Assembly (NCBI GenBank): GCA_012838635.1 | Contig: DUOW01000011.1 | Span: 4,882 to 68,881, forward strand | Reading direction: 5' to 3' | Source: Acholeplasma sp. | GTDB taxonomy: Bacteria > Bacillota_I > Bacilli_A > ML615J-28 > CAG-698 | Length of the DNA: 64,000 nt | In this document: in pieces, positions 60,142 to 64,000 of the stretch | How positions within the stretch are numbered: the first letter of the stretch is position 1 | How the letters are laid out: each line of letters starts with the position of its first letter | Program-made: the position numbers and the translations under genes | The notes under the pieces: generated by a model | The model's database searches: none | Told to the model about the DNA's origin: nothing | Seen by the model: the letters and a program-made list of their open reading frames with translations, nothing else

Positions 60142-61008
60142 ATGGCTTTAGTTAATATGAAAGAAATGCTTTTAAAAGCAAACAAGGAAGGTTATGCTGT
60201 TGGTCAATTCAATATTAATAACCTTGAATGGGCAAAAACTATTTTATTAGTAGCTCAAGAAAAAAACTCACCAGTAATTTTAGGAGTTTCTGAAGGTGCA
60301 GCTAAATATATGGGTGGCTACAATGTAGTAATGGGAATGGTTAAAGGATTAATGAAAGATCAAAACATTACAGTTGATGTAGCAGTGCACCTAGATCATG
60401 GAACAACATTTGAAGCTTGTAAAGCAGCAATTGATGCTGGTTTTACTTCAGTAATGATTGATGCTTCTAAACATCCAATTGATGAGAACATTAGATTAAG
60501 TAGACAAGTTGTAGATTATGCTCATCCAAAAGGTGTTACAGTAGAAGCTGAAGTAGGTATTGTTGGCGGTGAGGAAGATGGTATTACTGGTAAAGTTCAA
60601 TACGCAAAATTAGAAGATTGCGTACGTATTGTAAAAGAAGCAAAAGTAGACTGCTTAGCACCAGCTTTAGGTAGTGCACATGGACCTTATAAAGGTGTTC
60701 CTAAATTAGGATTTGACGAAATGGATGCTATCAATAAAGCTGCTAAAGTTCCTTTAGTATTACATGGTGGTTCTGGTATTCCAGATGATCAAATTAAAAA
60801 AGCTATCGCAAGAGGCACAGCTAAAATTAACGTAAATACTGAGCTTCAACAAGAATTTGCAAAAGACTTAAGAGCACTTTTAGCAGATCCTAAAAATGAT
60901 CCAGTATATGATCCAAGAAAAATTTTAGGACCATCTACAGCAGGAATTAAGAGAGCAATGATTGGAAGAATGGAAGTATTTGGTTCAATCGGAAAAGCTG
61001 CAAAATAA
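60142..61008 (+). CDS. fba: Class II fructose-1,6-bisphosphate aldolase
   Basis: VHLDHG, FTSVMIDAS, VEAEVG, LVLHGGSG, KINVNTE. Confidence 0.96.
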   Translation: MALVNMKEMLLKANKEGYAVGQFNINNLEWAKTILLVAQEKNSPVILGVSEGAAKYMGGYNVVMGMVKGLMKDQNITVDVAVHLDHGTTFEACKAAIDAGFTSVMIDASKHPIDENIRLSRQVVDYAHPKGVTVEAEVGIVGGEEDGITGKVQYAKLEDCVRIVKEAKVDCLAPALGSAHGPYKGVPKLGFDEMDAINKAAKVPLVLHGGSGIPDDQIKKAIARGTAKINVNTELQQEFAKDLRALLADPKNDPVYDPRKILGPSTAGIKRAMIGRMEVFGSIGKAAK

Positions 61009-61080
61009 GATAAAAAAGGCTATTTAAAAATAGCCTTTTATTTTACTTTAAAAGTATGTATAATATAGAAGGTGATAAAA

Positions 61081-61617
61081 ATGAAAGATATTAAAACATT
61101 TAAAATCAATAATGATGAAGAATTAACATTTGAGAAAGGGAAAATTATTTTTCGTGGGAAGCCTTATAAAAAGATTGAATGGTATAGTCTTTGCGCTAGT
61201 TTTCGCGAATTTAATGAAGAAGAAATAGAATTAAGATATCTACCATCAAACTTTAGCGCAAGTTATTTAAAAGAAACATATTTAAAGAATATAAAAAAAG
61301 CTACAATATTTAGTTTTATTATCCCTTCAATTATTTTCTTTTTATTTGGATTAGGTTCAATTATTATTCCTGTTTTAGTTGATAACTATAACAGTCAATT
61401 AGAAACAGAAGTAGAACCAATCTACAATAGTTTTTTTATTGCTATTGGAGTTTTTATGATTCTTGCTGCTTTTACACTTTTGTTTAGATATTTGTTGGGA
61501 TATCGCAGTTGTTTTAAAAAAGTAAAGGGACAAAATAGATATCATATTATGAGCAAACAAGAACATCAAAAAAACTTAACAATTTTTGATAAACACATTG
61601 AAAAAGAAAAGGAATAA
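61081..61617 (+). CDS. Hypothetical membrane protein (2 TM)
   Basis: ORF with RBS and two hydrophobic helices. Confidence 0.7.
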   Translation: MKDIKTFKINNDEELTFEKGKIIFRGKPYKKIEWYSLCASFREFNEEEIELRYLPSNFSASYLKETYLKNIKKATIFSFIIPSIIFFLFGLGSIIIPVLVDNYNSQLETEVEPIYNSFFIAIGVFMILAAFTLLFRYLLGYRSCFKKVKGQNRYHIMSKQEHQKNLTIFDKHIEKEKE

Positions 61618-61684
61618 AATGTATTTTTTCCTTAACAAAAAAACAATATTATGATATACTAATATGTAATAGAGGAGAAAAATT

Positions 61685-63691
61685 ATGAAAAAGAAAATAG
61701 CGATTATATTTTTATCTATCTTTGTTTTGTTTTTTACAGCCGGCTGTATTGCTAAAGACGGCTCAACAGATATATTTAGATTCGATAGTCACTCTGTGAG
61801 TATGGAAGTTGGACAAACAAAAATTCTATCAATTACGGGACAGTTCAATATTGAAAGTGAAATTGAATATATGATTACTGAAGAAAGCGAAGGCATTATT
61901 GAGTTTGAGAAAATAGCTAATGATAAAGTTAAGATTACGGCTTTATCGGTAGGTGTTGGTAATATCAAAGCCCATCTTGTGGAAAGAGATATCTATGCAC
62001 CAGCTATTATTGAAGTTTCAAATCCTAAAACTTCAGGAATTCGTATTAGTGTTCCCGAAGGCTTTGCAAACGAAATGGAAATTGGCGAAGAATTACAATT
62101 AGGATATTCTTTAACTTCTAATACTAATGAAACAACTAAAGTAACTTGGGAAGTAGGAGATAATGAAAAAGCTACGATTACCGCTGATGGAAAATTTATT
62201 CCTCAATTTGGCGGAAACCATTTTATTTATGCTAGAACTGTAGATGGTGGCTATGCTGTTTTAAAAGTTTTTGTTTATTACCACAATCCAACAGGAGTAT
62301 CTATAGAAGTTGTAGAAAACAATTCTGCAGCTGTTACTGAAACAAATAATAGAATTGCTTATTTAAGAGAAGTTATCAAATTAGGTAGTACAGTATTACC
62401 TGAAACTGCAGAAAATAAAGTTGAGTGGAGATTACTTCACCGTACAGATGATAGTATAGTTATTGAAGATCCTACAAGTGTTGGGTTAGTTATTAATCAA
62501 AAAGGTGAAATTTATTGTACTTCACTAGCAGCGCAAAGTAAATTCCGTATTCAAGCTGTAGCAATGTCAGGAGATGTAGAAATTAAATCTAATATCATTA
62601 CTTTAGACTATACATATGCTCCTGTTGAGAGTGTTCAAATAACTACTAAAGATGTTAGTGGTAGAACTGTTGCTGTACAAGATAGTGTAACTTTAATTGC
62701 GGGTCAATCAATTCAATTCAATGCTTTAGTTGCCCCAACAAACGCAGCAGGAACAGTATCTTGGAGTGTAAATGTTATTGAACCAGTTTTTACTCCAGCA
62801 CAACCATATGTTCTTGACCCAATTACTCGTAGAACAATTACCGCAAACACTTTAGCTTCTGTTACACAAGAAGGTTTATTAACAACAACATATCATGGAA
62901 TTGTTGAGTTAAAGTTATCTTCTCTTGCGGATAGTAGTATTTCACATACAATTACTGTTAATATTCTTCCAAAAGAAAAACCAGTAAAAATTGATTTATT
63001 AATGGATCTTGATGATAGATTATTGTCATATAAATTCTATAGCGACGCAAATGTCTCAACAGCTATTGATAGTGCTGATAACAAAAAGAAATTTATTATT
63101 GGAACAGTTGATATTGTAGCGCAAATTTATCCTGAAGAAACATACTTAGATTTGAAACTAGAAATTATAGAAAAAGATATTGCTTTTATAATTAAAGATG
63201 GAACAACATCAACTACAAAAGGAGTTACAACATTCAAGTTGGGTATTTTAAAAGAAGGTATTTTAAACTTTAAGATATCTTCTCAATATTCAGCTTTAAA
63301 TGAATATCTTGCTCCTATTGAAAAAGCTTTAAATATTAAAAGCGAAGATTTTGAAATTGATAGTTCAGCTGGATTAAACTCTGAAGTGTTTGATGGAGTA
63401 ACTTATGAATATTATGAAGCAATCAGCTTTAGTAATATTATTGATAAAGCTAAAGATAACAAAGAGTTTGGTATTCTAGAAGATAATATGACAGCAGAAT
63501 ATTGGAGTTTAGAAGCTTTGGATGGCTCAAATATTGAAAATGCCAAGTTATTGGTATATAAGACAGACATTGGACTTTTATCAGACTTCTTGATTTTAGG
63601 AGAAGGTAAATTCAAAATAACACTTCAACCAAAGAACTACACTAAACCATTATACACAGTTGTAGTTAATGTTGTTGATAAAGCAAAATAG
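61685..63691 (+). CDS. Surface lipoprotein with tandem Ig-like (Big_2-like) domains
   Basis: Lipobox FTAG-C; repeated V.W...A.(I/V)..(D/E)G motifs. Confidence 0.75.
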   Translation: MKKKIAIIFLSIFVLFFTAGCIAKDGSTDIFRFDSHSVSMEVGQTKILSITGQFNIESEIEYMITEESEGIIEFEKIANDKVKITALSVGVGNIKAHLVERDIYAPAIIEVSNPKTSGIRISVPEGFANEMEIGEELQLGYSLTSNTNETTKVTWEVGDNEKATITADGKFIPQFGGNHFIYARTVDGGYAVLKVFVYYHNPTGVSIEVVENNSAAVTETNNRIAYLREVIKLGSTVLPETAENKVEWRLLHRTDDSIVIEDPTSVGLVINQKGEIYCTSLAAQSKFRIQAVAMSGDVEIKSNIITLDYTYAPVESVQITTKDVSGRTVAVQDSVTLIAGQSIQFNALVAPTNAAGTVSWSVNVIEPVFTPAQPYVLDPITRRTITANTLASVTQEGLLTTTYHGIVELKLSSLADSSISHTITVNILPKEKPVKIDLLMDLDDRLLSYKFYSDANVSTAIDSADNKKKFIIGTVDIVAQIYPEETYLDLKLEIIEKDIAFIIKDGTTSTTKGVTTFKLGILKEGILNFKISSQYSALNEYLAPIEKALNIKSEDFEIDSSAGLNSEVFDGVTYEYYEAISFSNIIDKAKDNKEFGILEDNMTAEYWSLEALDGSNIENAKLLVYKTDIGLLSDFLILGEGKFKITLQPKNYTKPLYTVVVNVVDKAK

Positions 63692-63775
63692 AGACAGATT
63701 AAATGTCTCTATTTTTTTGCTGTTTGATAAAGACAAAAGAAGGAAAATATGTTATAATTAAAAAAGGTGAAAAAT

Positions 63776-64000
63776 ATGTATGAAGTAGTAGTTGTAGGCG
63801 GAGGCCATGCGGGAATTGAAGCTGCATTAGCCACTGCTAGAAGAAATCATAAAACTTTATTAATTGCAGGAAACTTTGATCATATTGCTAGTATGGCATG
63901 TAATCCTTCGATAGGTGGACCAGCTAAAGGTATTGTTGTTAGAGAAATAGATGCTTTAGGTGGAGAGATGGGAAAAGCAGTCGATAAGTGCTTAATCCAA
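63776..64000 (+). CDS. mnmG: tRNA uridine 5-carboxymethylaminomethyl modification enzyme MnmG/GidA, 5' part (runs off window end)
   Basis: [19 protein letters not shown]...[27 protein letters not shown]. Confidence 0.95.
   Translation, partial: MYEVVVVGGGHAGIEAALATARRNHKTLLIAGNFDHIASMACNPSIGGPAKGIVVREIDALGGEMGKAVDKCLIQ

Noticed and set aside
4535..63615. Short antisense or nested ORFs in the ORF track (e.g. 4535-4813, 8466-8786, 22718-23248, 25555-25929, 34587-34922)
   Set aside because: They lie opposite or inside well-supported genes and lack RBSs and recognisable motifs
1..64000. tRNA or rRNA genes
   Set aside because: No cloverleaf/T-loop motifs or GC-rich rRNA-like stretches were seen in the intergenic regions

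Overview
AT-rich chromosomal window from a reduced-genome Bacilli-lineage bacterium. It resembles Acholeplasmatales/Izemoplasmatales/RF39-type organisms; TGA is used as stop (code 11), so it is not a code-4 Mycoplasma, and the taxon is an inference. The window spans the replication origin: mnmE-jag-yidC-rnpA-rpmH on the minus strand, dnaA-dnaN-recF-gyrB-gyrA-serS on the plus strand, with gene orientation flipping around dnaA. The most striking element sits between dnaN and recF: a plasmid-type (type Ib-like) partition cassette with a ribbon-helix-helix gene followed by parA. Next to it is a 1.5-kb non-coding region holding 14 contiguous 8-bp units, dispersed 17-bp TATACATAAAACCATAC repeats and a second TTAAGGYC motif. 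No parB/noc gene is present in the window. Other notable items: a nucleic-acid-scavenging operon (ABC transporter, thermonuclease lipoprotein, multi-OB-fold lipoprotein) behind an unannotated 37-aa leader peptide and attenuator; a CTP synthase lacking its glutaminase catalytic Cys and His; a DapF homolog lacking catalytic motifs; a 1059-aa DnaX with an amplified coiled-coil/acidic insert; Cys-x-Cys lipoboxes; an Asn T-box; and a frameshifted membrane gene. All calls come from reading the sequence; no database searches were run.
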